Shown here: in pieces, positions 29,514 through 40,862 of the stretch
Numbering within the stretch: position 1 is the first letter of the stretch
Layout: the number at the start of each line of letters is the position of its first letter
Assembly (NCBI GenBank): GCA_963749915.1
Contig: CAVVOP010000008.1
Coordinates: 192,001 to 256,000, forward strand
DNA: 64,000 nt
Direction: 5' to 3'
Source: an uncultured cyanobacterium
GTDB lineage: Bacteria; Cyanobacteriota; Cyanobacteriia; Cyanobacteriales; Cyanobacteriaceae
Translations under genes and position numbers: made by a program
Notes under the pieces: model-generated
Told to the model about the DNA's origin: nothing
The model's database searches: none
Seen by the model: only the letters and a program-made list of their open reading frames with translations

Positions 29514-30026
29514 ATGTGGTATCGAATTTGCCAATTTTTATCTAAGTTTATTGTAGCCAGTACCATTGTTCTACTCGTATTCATCGGTTTTAATCACTTT
29601 ACCTCCCAACCAGTTTTGGCTTCGCTCCGTCAGATGGAAGAAGCACCAGGACAAATATTAATTCAATCTCGGCATACTCTCCAAGATAACAAAGGTAACT
29701 CTTGGCAAGTAGTGCTGTTCAAACGATCTCAAGCAGATGGTTCGAGTATTATCCATCTGCGGTTGGTAGATTTTCCCGGATTAGCAGATTTTGCTCACCC
29801 TCAAGCACTAAAAATTACTACCGATGCTGAAGATTTATTTAAGGCGAAAGATATCTTTGCCGAAAAATCCCCTGCTGCTAATGTGGGTGAGTTTGATCTG
29901 CAAAATGTCTTGCCTCAGTTACCCGTAACTAAACTAAATCTATCTTTAGCAATGAAAGACAGTACCACTACTAACCTGTCAATTCCGCCAGAAGTTGTCT
30001 TGGAATGGCAAAGTGTTGCTGACTAA
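29514..30026 (+). CDS. DUF3122-like exported protein
   Basis: EEAPGQILIQSRHTLQD..SWQVVLFK..LRLVDFPG; NVGEFDL; VLEWQ. Confidence 0.75.
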   Translation: MWYRICQFLSKFIVASTIVLLVFIGFNHFTSQPVLASLRQMEEAPGQILIQSRHTLQDNKGNSWQVVLFKRSQADGSSIIHLRLVDFPGLADFAHPQALKITTDAEDLFKAKDIFAEKSPAANVGEFDLQNVLPQLPVTKLNLSLAMKDSTTTNLSIPPEVVLEWQSVAD

Positions 30027-30061
30027 AAGTAGCAATTTTTTTTGTAATTAGGAGAAATCAA

Positions 30062-30691
30062 ATGACGGTCAAAAAAAATCCTTATTTAGAACTTATAGAA
30101 ATTCCCCCCGGATATGTTAACGTCATGGGTTATGTTGACGAATCTGAAGTAAATGGTCCTGGATGTCGTGCCGTAATCTGGGTTCAGGGATGTTTGCGAG
30201 AATGTCCTAGTTGTTTTAATCCCGAATCTTGGTCATTTGAAATTAAGGAATTAATGCCAATAGATAAATTGGTTGAGGAAATTACCAGTAATCCTCGCCA
30301 TGAAGGCGTTACCTTTTCGGGAGGAGAACCTTTCTGGCAAGCCCCTGCCTTAGCCGAACTCGCTCGTAAAGTCAAAGCGAAGGGACTTAATGTGATGTCG
30401 TTCACTGGATTTACTTTAGAGAAACTGCAATCTGAATACGCTCCTGCTGGTGCCCAGGATTTATTGGCTCAACTGGATATTTTAATTGATGGTGCCTATA
30501 TTGAATCCCTAGCTATTAATTCTCCTGATTCTCCTGTTTCCTCGCGCAATCAACGAGTTCATGTTTTTAATCCCCAATTAAAAGACCGAATCACTTGGGC
30601 CAGTGATCAAACCGAGGTTCATATTTTTAAAGATGGCAGTCGCATTATTACTGGATTTTGGGGTCAATTGAATAGTCTAAATAACGATTGA
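30062..30691 (+). CDS. NrdG-like radical SAM (4Fe-4S) activating-enzyme family protein
   Basis: NGPGCRAVIWVQGCLRECPSCFN (CxxxCxxC), GVTFSGGEPF, DILIDG, SRNQR. Confidence 0.88.
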   Translation: MTVKKNPYLELIEIPPGYVNVMGYVDESEVNGPGCRAVIWVQGCLRECPSCFNPESWSFEIKELMPIDKLVEEITSNPRHEGVTFSGGEPFWQAPALAELARKVKAKGLNVMSFTGFTLEKLQSEYAPAGAQDLLAQLDILIDGAYIESLAINSPDSPVSSRNQRVHVFNPQLKDRITWASDQTEVHIFKDGSRIITGFWGQLNSLNND

Positions 30692-30766
30692 TACTTATTG
30701 GATAGTTAATCCGACATTCAGCAGGTTTCTCAGCAGAGAAAATAATATTTTTGCGATCGCCGATGT

Positions 30767-30853
30767 TGTAGGATGGGTTGACGAAAGAAAACCCAACGCA
30801 ATAGATAAAACACCCGATTAGCAAGGGTTACGCCGTCGCTAATCCGTCCTACA
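30767..30853. repeat. GTAG-type REP doublet (REPIN-like)
   Basis: TGTAGGATGGGTTG...AACCCAAC on the left and inverted GGGTTACGC...CTAATCCGTCCTACA on the right; sits between convergent genes. Confidence 0.7.
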
Positions 30854-30995
30854 AATAATTACTATATTAAAGTTTTAAAGAAAGTTTTAATGGTCCATTT
30901 TTGTCAGCCACCTTTCACTTTTAAAGATCAAAACCTTCTTTTTAAAAAGAGTTTCCCATCGGTTGGGTTAAAGTATAGGCATTGAAATCTTTCAT

Positions 30996-31106
30996 TTACT
31001 GAGATAAGAAACCCGTTAAAAGTAAAGGAATTAATATTAATAAGACAACGATCAAAAAAGTAGTTTCGGGACTTAAAGGAATTTGATTTTTTTCAGGTCT
31101 ACTCAT
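30996..31106 (-). CDS. Small 36-aa single-pass membrane protein (unannotated)
   Basis: MSRPEKNQIPLSPETTFLIVVLLILIPLLLTGFLSQ*; one clean hydrophobic helix; below the ORF-track cutoff. Confidence 0.55.
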   Translation of the reverse strand: MSRPEKNQIPLSPETTFLIVVLLILIPLLLTGFLSQ

Positions 31107-31482
31107 ATTTTAAAAACCCCATAACTAAGTTACGACCCTAATTGTATCATTTATTATGACTTTAGCGATCGCCTGGAAATGATTTGTAACAAAAGATAAA
31201 ATATAATCCGGCTCGATCGTTGATCTGAAACCATTAATTTATCCTTAAAAACCGATGGCTGAAAAGACGAAATCTCTTTCAAATGCGACCGTTGGCAATC
31301 TTATTACCAATGGGATAGAGATGGTAGAACATGGCCTATGCAATGCAGAGCTTGAAAGATATACTCAAAGGAGAGGTTATTGTTTTTGACTAAAATTTGA
31401 TGACCTCAATAGTTAGTTACCAATATAAAATTAGTTCTTTTCGTCTTTACCAGAGATTTCTGTAGCTATTCAATCCTCAACT

Positions 31483-32007
31483 GTGTTAAATTGTTCCCCC
31501 TTGAAATATAAATTATTAACTATTTTTATCTGTTTATGTTTAGTAGTTACCGGTTGTCAAAATCAGTCTACTATCAGAGGCTTTCAAGCAAAATTAAGAA
31601 GAGTTGTTAGCGCCCAAACTATTGAAGTGATTATCGCAAATAAATCTTATCAAGTCAGATTAATGGGGTTGGATACCCCCAGCCGTAAACAACAACCTTG
31701 GGGAGATGAAGCTAAAAAATTTTTGGTTAACTTTCTTACGGTCAATAACTCTATACCTCTTAATTCTACTACCGTAATCTTAGAAACTGACTTACAAGTT
31801 AAAGATAAATTCAACAGAATTAGTGGCTATGGGTGGTTTAATCATCAATTGATTAATGAAAAAATATTAGCGGAAGGATATGGGGTGGTTAATTTGACTT
31901 ATACTGACGGGAAATACGATCAACAATTGTTACAGGCACAAAGTTACGCCCGTATCATGGGTAAAGGAATTTGGAATCCTGATCAACCTCTTAGAAATAT
32001 GAATTAA
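31483..32007 (+). CDS. Thermonuclease (SNase-like) lipoprotein
   Basis: Lipobox VTGC, VRLMGLDTP, DKFNR, A..MGKGIW. Confidence 0.85.
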   Translation: MLNCSPLKYKLLTIFICLCLVVTGCQNQSTIRGFQAKLRRVVSAQTIEVIIANKSYQVRLMGLDTPSRKQQPWGDEAKKFLVNFLTVNNSIPLNSTTVILETDLQVKDKFNRISGYGWFNHQLINEKILAEGYGVVNLTYTDGKYDQQLLQAQSYARIMGKGIWNPDQPLRNMN

Positions 32008-32025
32008 TCTTATTATCTTAAATTT

Positions 32026-32856
32026 ATGAATAATATTTCCTATGAACAAATCTTAAGACTTCGTGACATCGCTTTTTTAGCAGCTAAAGCTGGAGGTGTT
32101 GTCTTGGAAAGCTATTGGGGGAAACAACTCAACATCAGAGAAAAAGGTAGAACAGGAGATTTAATTACAGAAGTAGATCAAAAAGCAGAAGCAGAAATAA
32201 TCTCAGTAATAAAGCGTCATTATCCTGATCATGCTATCTTGGCGGAAGAATCCGGGAAAATAGGAACTTCTGACAATGAATATTTATGGGTGATCGATCC
32301 TCTTGATGGTACAACTAACTACGCTCATGGTTATCCTCAAGCGGCGGTTTCTGTCGGTTTAATGGTATCGGGAAAACCTACTGTTGGCGTTGTTTATAAC
32401 CCAATGATGAGGGAATTATGGATTGGTGCACAAGGTCTGGGTGCAACTTTAAATGATATTCCCATTCAAGTTTCGACGACGAATAATTTAGCCGATAGTC
32501 TTTTAGTAACAGGTTTTGCTTACGATCGCAAAGAAGTGGAAGATAATAATTATGCCGAGTTTTGTTCTCTCACCCATTTAACCCAAGGGGTTAGACGAGG
32601 AGGTAGTGCTTCTCTGGATTTATGTCATGTGGCAACGGGAAGACTTGATGGTTACTGGGAAAGAGGGTTAAAACCTTGGGATTTATTAGCAGGCATAGTC
32701 ATCCTCAAGGAAGCAGGGGGAAAAATATCCGCCTATGATGGTGCTGACTTTGATTTATCTAGTGGGAGAATTTTGGCTACAAATGGTTATTTACATTCCG
32801 CCTTGAGTGAAGCCTTAATCCATATATCTCCCATAGCAATTAGTAATGAACAATGA
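32026..32856 (+). CDS. suhB: Inositol monophosphatase
   Basis: AEE, WVIDPLDGTTNY, WERGLKPWDLLAG. Confidence 0.92.
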   Translation: MNNISYEQILRLRDIAFLAAKAGGVVLESYWGKQLNIREKGRTGDLITEVDQKAEAEIISVIKRHYPDHAILAEESGKIGTSDNEYLWVIDPLDGTTNYAHGYPQAAVSVGLMVSGKPTVGVVYNPMMRELWIGAQGLGATLNDIPIQVSTTNNLADSLLVTGFAYDRKEVEDNNYAEFCSLTHLTQGVRRGGSASLDLCHVATGRLDGYWERGLKPWDLLAGIVILKEAGGKISAYDGADFDLSSGRILATNGYLHSALSEALIHISPIAISNEQ

Positions 32857-32896
32857 ACAATTAATTTTTTCCAGTCGCTAGTCTTCTAATTCTCCT

Positions 32897-33757
32897 ATGG
32901 AATCATTTGAAACCAGAATCACCGCCGACGGTTCACGAACTTTTTATTCTGCCGAATTTGGGGAAACTTTTCATACGAAATACGGTGCTAAAGCCGAAGC
33001 TGAAATTACTTATATTCAAGGTTGTCGCCTTTGTGAAAAATTAAAGCAACAAGATCAGCTTAAAATTCTCGATGTTTGTTACGGTTTAGGATACAATACC
33101 GCCGCCGCCCTTGATTGTATTCTTAATATTAACCCTCAATGTCAAGTGGAGATTATTGCTTTAGAATTAGACGAAACTGTCCCCCGTCAAGCCTTAGAAC
33201 ATAATTTATTGGATCATTGGCAACCAAAAATTGTCGAACTTTTAACCCAGTTATTAAATTCTCGACAAGTAAATACACCCCAACTAAAACTTAGTTTATG
33301 GATTGATGATGCTAGACAAAGTCTGATTAAATTAGTGCCAGAAAATTTTCAAGCTGATGCCATTTTTCTTGATCCCTTTTCTCCACCCAAGTGTCCTCAA
33401 CTATGGACGGTGGAATTTTTATCCCTCCTTTCTCAGTGTTTACATCGAGATGGTATTATCGCTACTTACTCATGTTCAGGGGCAGTTCGAACTGCTTTTC
33501 AGGAGGCCGGTTTAACCATTGGGAATAATTTTTCTGTGGGGAAGCGATCGCCAGGAACTTTAGCCTCTTTTCGGGATCAGTATTTAGAACCATTATCACA
33601 GAAAGAATTAGAACAACTAAAAACCCGTGGGGCGACACCTTTTCGAGATCCAGATTTACAAAACACTGCCGAAATCATCAAAAAACGCCGAGAACAAGAA
33701 CAATCTTTGAGCAATTTAGAATTTACAAGTAAGTGGAAAAAACGTTGGTTTTCTTGA
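32897..33757 (+). CDS. MnmC/MnmD-like SAM-dependent methyltransferase
   Basis: TADGS, ILDVCYGLGYN, FLDPFSP..CPQLWT, ATYS. Confidence 0.85.
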   Translation: MESFETRITADGSRTFYSAEFGETFHTKYGAKAEAEITYIQGCRLCEKLKQQDQLKILDVCYGLGYNTAAALDCILNINPQCQVEIIALELDETVPRQALEHNLLDHWQPKIVELLTQLLNSRQVNTPQLKLSLWIDDARQSLIKLVPENFQADAIFLDPFSPPKCPQLWTVEFLSLLSQCLHRDGIIATYSCSGAVRTAFQEAGLTIGNNFSVGKRSPGTLASFRDQYLEPLSQKELEQLKTRGATPFRDPDLQNTAEIIKKRREQEQSLSNLEFTSKWKKRWFS

Positions 33758-33925
33758 CAAAATTTGCGTAAATCAACGGCTTAAGGTAGGAAACAGTCAA
33801 CAGCGAACAGTAAGAAGAGAAGAATCGACTTTAGAAACTTAAGTGGGAAATAGCTAATAATTGCTCACTATTTACTTTTTATTGCTAAATTAGTGTTAGT
33901 GAATTCATATTCTAATAATGATATT

Positions 33926-34441
33926 ATGAGTGATTTAATTGCCATCGCCTACGACGATATTTTCAAAGCGGAAGAAGTAAGATTAACTTTAGCAAAACTA
34001 CAAACAGAACATCTCATCGAATTAGAAGATGCCGCCGTAGTTGTCAAAAATGCCCAAGGGAAAGTAAAACTGAAACAAGCCATAAATTTGACCGCTACTG
34101 GTGCCGCTAGTGGTGGTTTTTGGGGATTATTAATTGGTACTCTTTTCCTCGTGCCCCTATTTGGTGCCGCTGTGGGTGCCGCTACTGGTGCCCTGGGAGG
34201 TGCTTTAACTGATATAGGAGTCGATGATAATTTCATGAGAGAACTAGGAGAAAGCCTACAACCAGGAACCTCAGCGTTATTTATCTTGGTCAAAAAAGTA
34301 ACTCCAGATAAAGTGTTAGACGAGGTTAGTAAATATGGCGGTAAAATTCTCCGTACTTCTTTAAGTAAAGATGATGAACAACAATTACAAGCTGTATTGG
34401 ATAGTCATGGACTACAAATTTCCGAATCAGATAATAATTGA
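33926..34441 (+). CDS. DUF1269 family (glycine-zipper) membrane protein
   Basis: MSDLIAIAY, LEDAAVV, GGFWGLLIG..GAAVGAATGALGG..DIGVDD, RTSLS; ATG 33926 preferred. Confidence 0.85.
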   Translation: MSDLIAIAYDDIFKAEEVRLTLAKLQTEHLIELEDAAVVVKNAQGKVKLKQAINLTATGAASGGFWGLLIGTLFLVPLFGAAVGAATGALGGALTDIGVDDNFMRELGESLQPGTSALFILVKKVTPDKVLDEVSKYGGKILRTSLSKDDEQQLQAVLDSHGLQISESDNN

Positions 34442-34577
34442 TAAGAGTGTTCAAACTTGGCTGGCACAAAGGATGTCTCAAGTATCTCAATCTGACTTTC
34501 TAATTGAGAAAATACAGCCTAATTGGTTGCAGTCTAATCTTCAAAATCGAACTCGGGTGAGATCGCGGTTCATCGAA

Positions 34578-35669
<1,092 letters not shown>

Positions 35670-35719
35670 TTAAATTAGTTGATATTTGATAGTTAATTCA
35701 TAGTTCATTGTTCACTGGT

Positions 35720-36163
35720 CTAAAAATCATCATCCAATTGCACATCCCACTTAGCAGAAAGTACTTCTCCTAACATATCCTCTAAATTGTCAAAACCAAG
35801 ATTTTTAGAAGATTGTTGTTCTTGACAAGCGGTAACCAGGGGAATTAATCTTAATCTGCGATTATCTTGCACTAAATCAAAATAGGTTTCTTGAGAAGAT
35901 ACTTGATTGAGTTGTAAATAATCAAAACTTTGAATATTGATGTAGAGACTATTATTTATTACTACCGTAGCCTGATTTAGGTCATTAAATACTTCTAAAA
36001 TCCAACCTCGTCCCTGATTTTGTACCACACCATCCAGACTATGTATATAAAGCACTTGAGTTAAATCATTAATTAAACGTTTGATGTCTTCTTTATTAAC
36101 TAAAATACCTGACTCGATAATGCAAGGTGCCGGTAATTGACAATCACTTGGTTGATGATCCAT
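35720..36163 (-). CDS. Conserved cyanobacterial hypothetical protein
   Basis: LPAPCII...LYINIQSFDYL...LRLIPL...WDVQLD; ATG 36163 is the more plausible start. Confidence 0.7.
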   Translation of the reverse strand: MDHQPSDCQLPAPCIIESGILVNKEDIKRLINDLTQVLYIHSLDGVVQNQGRGWILEVFNDLNQATVVINNSLYINIQSFDYLQLNQVSSQETYFDLVQDNRRLRLIPLVTACQEQQSSKNLGFDNLEDMLGEVLSAKWDVQLDDDF

Positions 36164-36384
36164 AGTTATTAACCCTTTTTTCGCTCTTAACTTATTAATT
36201 TGCGGAATTAAACCTGTCAAATTCTGATGTTGACATTCACACAAACTTAGATTTTTTGACAAACAAGGCAAAATCTATTTTCATGTTAGTAGCACACATC
36301 AGATTAAATGAATTTTTATTGTTGGCCACGACACAATCTTAACCTAGAATTTCCTTTTTGTTTAGGTTTACTTTTATATATTAG

Positions 36385-37152
36385 TTGATTATGAAAAAAT
36401 TGATCCCTTCTTTTTTTGGGGCAATAGTTTTTTACACAATAATTCCTCTATCTTCTTTTTTTCCCTTAGATTTTAACAAAATTGCTCGGTGGTTGCCCTG
36501 GGTGGGAATTTTTTTGGGTGGTTTATTAGGGTTAATGTCAGCAATATTAACTTTTATAGGTTTTCCGCCTCTAACTAAAGGAGTATTAATTATCGCTATG
36601 GGGATTTATCTCACTGGAGGCCTACATTTAGACGGAGTCATGGATACTGCCGACGGTTTAGCGGTAGAAAATACCGAACAAAGACTAGAGATAATGCGAG
36701 ATAGTCATAGCGGTGCGTTTGGGGTAATGGCTAGTATTCTCGTGGTGGGGTTAAAAATCGCCGGGATCAGTGAAATTACGGACAATTTATGGTTTGCCCT
36801 CATTTTAGCTAGTACTTGGGGGCGTTGGGGACAATTAATGGCGATCGCACGGTATCCCTATGTAAGAGAAGAAGGAAAAGGAGCGTTTTTGAAACAGAAC
36901 CTAAATGTACCCTTAGATGTGATTTTTAGCTCATTATTTGTGGTTCCGATGGTTATAGTTCAATATTTCTGGCTCAACCAATCATTAACTGTAATTAGCT
37001 TAATTTTATTTATCAGTATAATTATCCCGTTATTAACAGGATGGTGGTTTAACGCTCAATTGGGAGGGCATACTGGGGATACTTATGGGGCGACGGTGGA
37101 ATGGAGTGAAGCCTTTATATTATGTGCTTTAACAGCCATTAGTAGTAATTAA
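36385..37152 (+). CDS. cobS: Adenosylcobinamide-GDP ribazoletransferase
   Basis: TGGLHLDGVMDTADGL, MRDSHSGAFG, GGHTGDTYGA. Confidence 0.95.
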   Translation: MIMKKLIPSFFGAIVFYTIIPLSSFFPLDFNKIARWLPWVGIFLGGLLGLMSAILTFIGFPPLTKGVLIIAMGIYLTGGLHLDGVMDTADGLAVENTEQRLEIMRDSHSGAFGVMASILVVGLKIAGISEITDNLWFALILASTWGRWGQLMAIARYPYVREEGKGAFLKQNLNVPLDVIFSSLFVVPMVIVQYFWLNQSLTVISLILFISIIIPLLTGWWFNAQLGGHTGDTYGATVEWSEAFILCALTAISSN

Positions 37153-37210
37153 ATGCAGGGGGGAATATAGGGAATCGGGGATAGATAATCGGGAATGATT
37201 TTAACCTCTG

Positions 37211-38062
37211 TTATTCACCTGTACAATTCATTAAAGCATCAGTGACCCTTGCCACATCAAACATTTGGCCTACGTCATGCACTCTTAAAATATCCGCACC
37301 CTGAATAATAGCATAACTGCAAGTTGCCGCAGTACCCCAGATTCTTTCTTGGGGATTTTCACGGGTTAAAATTTTACCAATAAAACTTTTTCGGGATGTT
37401 CCTACTAACACAGGAAAACCTAATTTTTTTATTTTTTTAATATTTTTTAATATATCTAAATTTTGTTGATAATTCTTCGCAAAACCAATACCCGGATCTA
37501 AGATGATATGCTCTTTCTTGATACCTAAATTTATAGCTTCGGTAATTCTTTCTTGAAAAAACTGATTAATTTCTGCTATCAAATCTTGATAATCCGTTAA
37601 AGTTTGCATAGTTTCAGGATTACCTCGAATGTGCATCAAAATTATAGGTACTTTCAATTTGGCCACCGTTGGCAGCATCTCAGTATCAAAAGTCGCCCCG
37701 GAAATCTCATTAACAATATCTGCACCAAAGGCGATCGCCTTTTCTGCTACGATAGCTCTAGTGGTATCGATGGAAATGGGAATATCCGATTGTTGACGTA
37801 AAGCTCTAATAACAGGAATAACCCTTTTTAATTCTTCTTCTACGGTAATTTGCAACGCCCCGGGACGAGTGGATTGCCCACCAATATCGATTATATCTGC
37901 ACCCTCACCAATCATCGACTGAGCATGGTTTAACGCTCTTTCAATACGGTTAAATTGCCCACCATCGCTAAAACTGTCAGGGGTCACATTCAAAATTCCC
38001 ATCAAGTATGTGCGATCGCCCCATTTAAACTGATGATTACGAATAGTTAATGGATTCAACAC
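37211..38062 (-). CDS. folP: Dihydropteroate synthase
   Basis: GILNVTPDSFSDGG, STRPG, DPGIGF, SRKSF, RVHDV. Confidence 0.97.
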   Translation of the reverse strand: MLNPLTIRNHQFKWGDRTYLMGILNVTPDSFSDGGQFNRIERALNHAQSMIGEGADIIDIGGQSTRPGALQITVEEELKRVIPVIRALRQQSDIPISIDTTRAIVAEKAIAFGADIVNEISGATFDTEMLPTVAKLKVPIILMHIRGNPETMQTLTDYQDLIAEINQFFQERITEAINLGIKKEHIILDPGIGFAKNYQQNLDILKNIKKIKKLGFPVLVGTSRKSFIGKILTRENPQERIWGTAATCSYAIIQGADILRVHDVGQMFDVARVTDALMNCTGE

Positions 38063-38161
38063 TTGGAATAGTTGACGGTTAATATTATCTGTTAAAAATA
38101 AAACCTATGGCACAGCTATCTTGCTTGTCATTACTAATTGCTAACTGTTAATTGCTAATAG

Positions 38162-38887
38162 TTACTGATAATTTACCAAACGGGCAAAACTAATCGGCTC
38201 AAGACTTGCACCACCAACTAAAGCACCATCAATGTCAGATTGTGCCATAATTTCGTCCACGTTTTTAGGATTGACAGAGCCACCATATTGAATGGTAACA
38301 TTGTTATTACTTAACTGAGAGCGAATAATGGCAATAACTCGATTTGCTTCCATGGCTTCGCAAGTGTCACCTGTGCCGATGGCCCAAATAGGTTCATAGG
38401 CGATGACAAGATTATTTTGATCTACATCAACTAAACCTTTTTGTAACTGATTGATAATTACATTTTCCGTTTCTCCTGCATCTCGTTGGGCTTTACTTTC
38501 ACCAACGCACAGAATCGGAGTCAAACTGTATTTTTGAGCCGCTAACAGCCGATTATTTACGGTTTCGTCAGTTTCTCCAAAATATTGACGACGCTCACTG
38601 TGACCTACAATAACATAATTAATGCCGATTTCCGTTAGCATAGCCCCTGAGATTTCACCAGTAAAGGCACCCTGTTCAGCCCAATGAATATTTTGCGCCC
38701 CAAGTTTAACTCGACTACCGTGTAGATTTTTCGACATGGAGTATAGACTGGTAAAAGGCACACATAAAACCACTTCTCTTGTTTCGGGAGTGTCTTCTAA
38801 ATGGGGTAAAAAAGCCTGTAAAAATTCAAGGGACTCCCCTTGAGTCTTGTGCATCTTCCAGTTACCAGCAATAATAATTTTTCGCAC
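38162..38887 (-). CDS. tpiA: Triosephosphate isomerase
   Basis: [36 protein letters not shown]. Confidence 0.98.
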   Translation of the reverse strand: MRKIIIAGNWKMHKTQGESLEFLQAFLPHLEDTPETREVVLCVPFTSLYSMSKNLHGSRVKLGAQNIHWAEQGAFTGEISGAMLTEIGINYVIVGHSERRQYFGETDETVNNRLLAAQKYSLTPILCVGESKAQRDAGETENVIINQLQKGLVDVDQNNLVIAYEPIWAIGTGDTCEAMEANRVIAIIRSQLSNNNVTIQYGGSVNPKNVDEIMAQSDIDGALVGGASLEPISFARLVNYQ

Positions 38888-38952
38888 TTTTTCTCCTAAT
38901 CATTAAGTTATTTATTTTATTTAATTGTTAATTGTCCATTATTAGTTGATAC

Positions 38953-39228
38953 TTAGCCTCCAGCAACAGCAGGTACAATACTCACTTCATCACCATCAGC
39001 TAAAGGAGTGGCAGTGTTATCTAAAAAGCGAATATCCTCACTATTGACATAGAAATTCAGGAAACGACGAGGTGCACCTTGTTCATCGCAAAGACGGGCT
39101 TTGATGCCAGGACAACTGACTTCCAAAGCATCGATTAATTCTTGAACATTGGTTGCGTCACAGTGGATGGTAGCTTGTTCTTTAGTAAATTTTTGTAAAG
39201 GAGTGGGAATTAAAACTTTTACAGACAT
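38953..39228 (-). CDS. MoaD/ThiS/CysO-like sulfur carrier
   Basis: Ubiquitin-like fold, VNSEDIRF, C-terminal PAVAGG. Confidence 0.92.
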   Translation of the reverse strand: MSVKVLIPTPLQKFTKEQATIHCDATNVQELIDALEVSCPGIKARLCDEQGAPRRFLNFYVNSEDIRFLDNTATPLADGDEVSIVPAVAGG

Positions 39229-39350
39229 AATTTTATTAATTTTAAATAAAGTTTATAGACAAAAAAAAGACTAACTACTGATGAGTTAGGGGTTTATAAA
39301 GGACTAGGAGACAATTAAAAAACTAATTATTAACTGTCAACTGTGGTTTC

Positions 39351-40661
39351 TTACACTAAAATTTGTTGCCATTCTAAACGATCTAAGGTACGAGAGCGTT
39401 CTAAGGCACGTTCAAAACTGTCTAATTTAGGCTCAATGATAAAAGGTTCACTGATATAACCTTGGACTGCTTCTTGGGTTTTCAGTCCGTTACCTGTGAT
39501 ATAAACTACAGTAGTTTCTTCAGGATCAATTTTTCCTGCCTCAACCAATTTTTTCAACACAGCAACAGTTGTACCACCTGCAGTTTCGGTAAAGATACCT
39601 TCAGTTTCCGCTAAGAGTTTGATACCTTCGATGATTTCTGCATCGTTAACGGATTCGATGTTACCGTTAGTTTTACGAGCGAGATCTAAAGCATACATTC
39701 CGTCAGCAGGATTCCCGATGGCGATGGATTTAGCGATAGTATTAGGTTTAACAGGGATAACAAAATCTCTGCCTTCTTTAAATGCTTGGGCAATGGGAGA
39801 ACAACCCTCTGCTTGCGCACCACTGAAACGGACGGGCTTGTCATCTACTAAACCGACTTTGACAAATTCTTGGAAACCCTTGTGAATTTTGGTAAACAAG
39901 GATCCAGAAGCTAAAGGTGCGACAATGTGATCAGGTAATTTCCAGCCTAACTGTTCAGCTACTTCAAAGCCTAAGGTTTTTGAACCTTCAGAATAATAAG
40001 GACGTAAATTAATGTTAACAAATCCCCAACCGTAGGTATTCCCGACTTCACAACAAAGGCGGTTAACTTGATCATAGTTACCTTTAACTGCCATTACTGT
40101 GGGATTGTAAATTAAGGTACCTAAAACTTTTCCTGCTTCTAAATCCGAGGGGATGAACACACAACAATCTAAACCTGCATGGGCGGCGATCGCTGCGGTA
40201 GAATTAGCCAAGTTGCCGGTACTAGCACAGGATACAGTGGTAAAACCTAACTCTTTAGCACGGGTTAAAGCAACGGAGACTACTCTATCCTTAAAGCTAA
40301 GGGTAGGCATATTAACAGCATCATTTTTAATATAAAGATTTTTCAGACCCAAACGACGAGCCAAGCGATTTGATTTGACCAGGGGAGTCATCCCCGTACC
40401 TACATCAATAGGATTCTCACTTTCAACAGGTAAAAAGGCTTTATAGCGCCAGATAGAATTAGGTCCTTTGGCGATGCTTTCACGGCTTACTTGAGCTCGG
40501 ATGGCATCATAATCGTAGGCTACTTCTAAAGGTGCAAAGGTTTCTTCACAAATATGGATGGCTTTAAGGGGATATTCAGCACTTCCTTCTTTGGATACTA
40601 ATTTGGTGAAGGTGGGTTTTACGGTGTTGTCAGTGGTGGGACGTTCGATGGCTTGGGTCAT
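39351..40661 (-). CDS. thrC: Threonine synthase (PLP, fold type II)
   Basis: PTLSFKDR, CASTGN, INLRPYY.EG.KT, ITGNGLK. Confidence 0.88.
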   Translation of the reverse strand: MTQAIERPTTDNTVKPTFTKLVSKEGSAEYPLKAIHICEETFAPLEVAYDYDAIRAQVSRESIAKGPNSIWRYKAFLPVESENPIDVGTGMTPLVKSNRLARRLGLKNLYIKNDAVNMPTLSFKDRVVSVALTRAKELGFTTVSCASTGNLANSTAAIAAHAGLDCCVFIPSDLEAGKVLGTLIYNPTVMAVKGNYDQVNRLCCEVGNTYGWGFVNINLRPYYSEGSKTLGFEVAEQLGWKLPDHIVAPLASGSLFTKIHKGFQEFVKVGLVDDKPVRFSGAQAEGCSPIAQAFKEGRDFVIPVKPNTIAKSIAIGNPADGMYALDLARKTNGNIESVNDAEIIEGIKLLAETEGIFTETAGGTTVAVLKKLVEAGKIDPEETTVVYITGNGLKTQEAVQGYISEPFIIEPKLDSFERALERSRTLDRLEWQQILV

Positions 40662-40756
40662 TGTCTGTACTCCTGGGTAATAACTTTAGCTAGTAATAAG
40701 TTTTACTAATCAGTTGTGAATCTAAAAATAATCTTTAAATGATTGCCTGTGTGAAA

Positions 40757-40812
40757 AGTATAACAGTTAAGAATTCAGTTGGCAAATATACCCGACCTTT
40801 TTAGTCGGAATT
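40757..40812 (-). promoter_or_regulatory. Sigma70-type promoter of thrC-moaD (TTGCCA-N17-TATACT) with adjacent Rrf2/IscR-like palindrome
   Basis: Minus-strand -35 at 40780-40785 and -10 at 40757-40762; ATACCCGACCTTTTTAGTCGGAATT at 40788-40812. Confidence 0.6.
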
Positions 40813-40862
40813 ATTAAAAACCTTATAAAACCAGAAGATTTGGGGAAAGTATTTTCTTTCGT

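Noticed and set aside
31255..31389. 44-codon + strand ORF (MAEKTKSLSNATVG...)
   Set aside because: No RBS, motif or recognisable homology; cannot be supported without a search.
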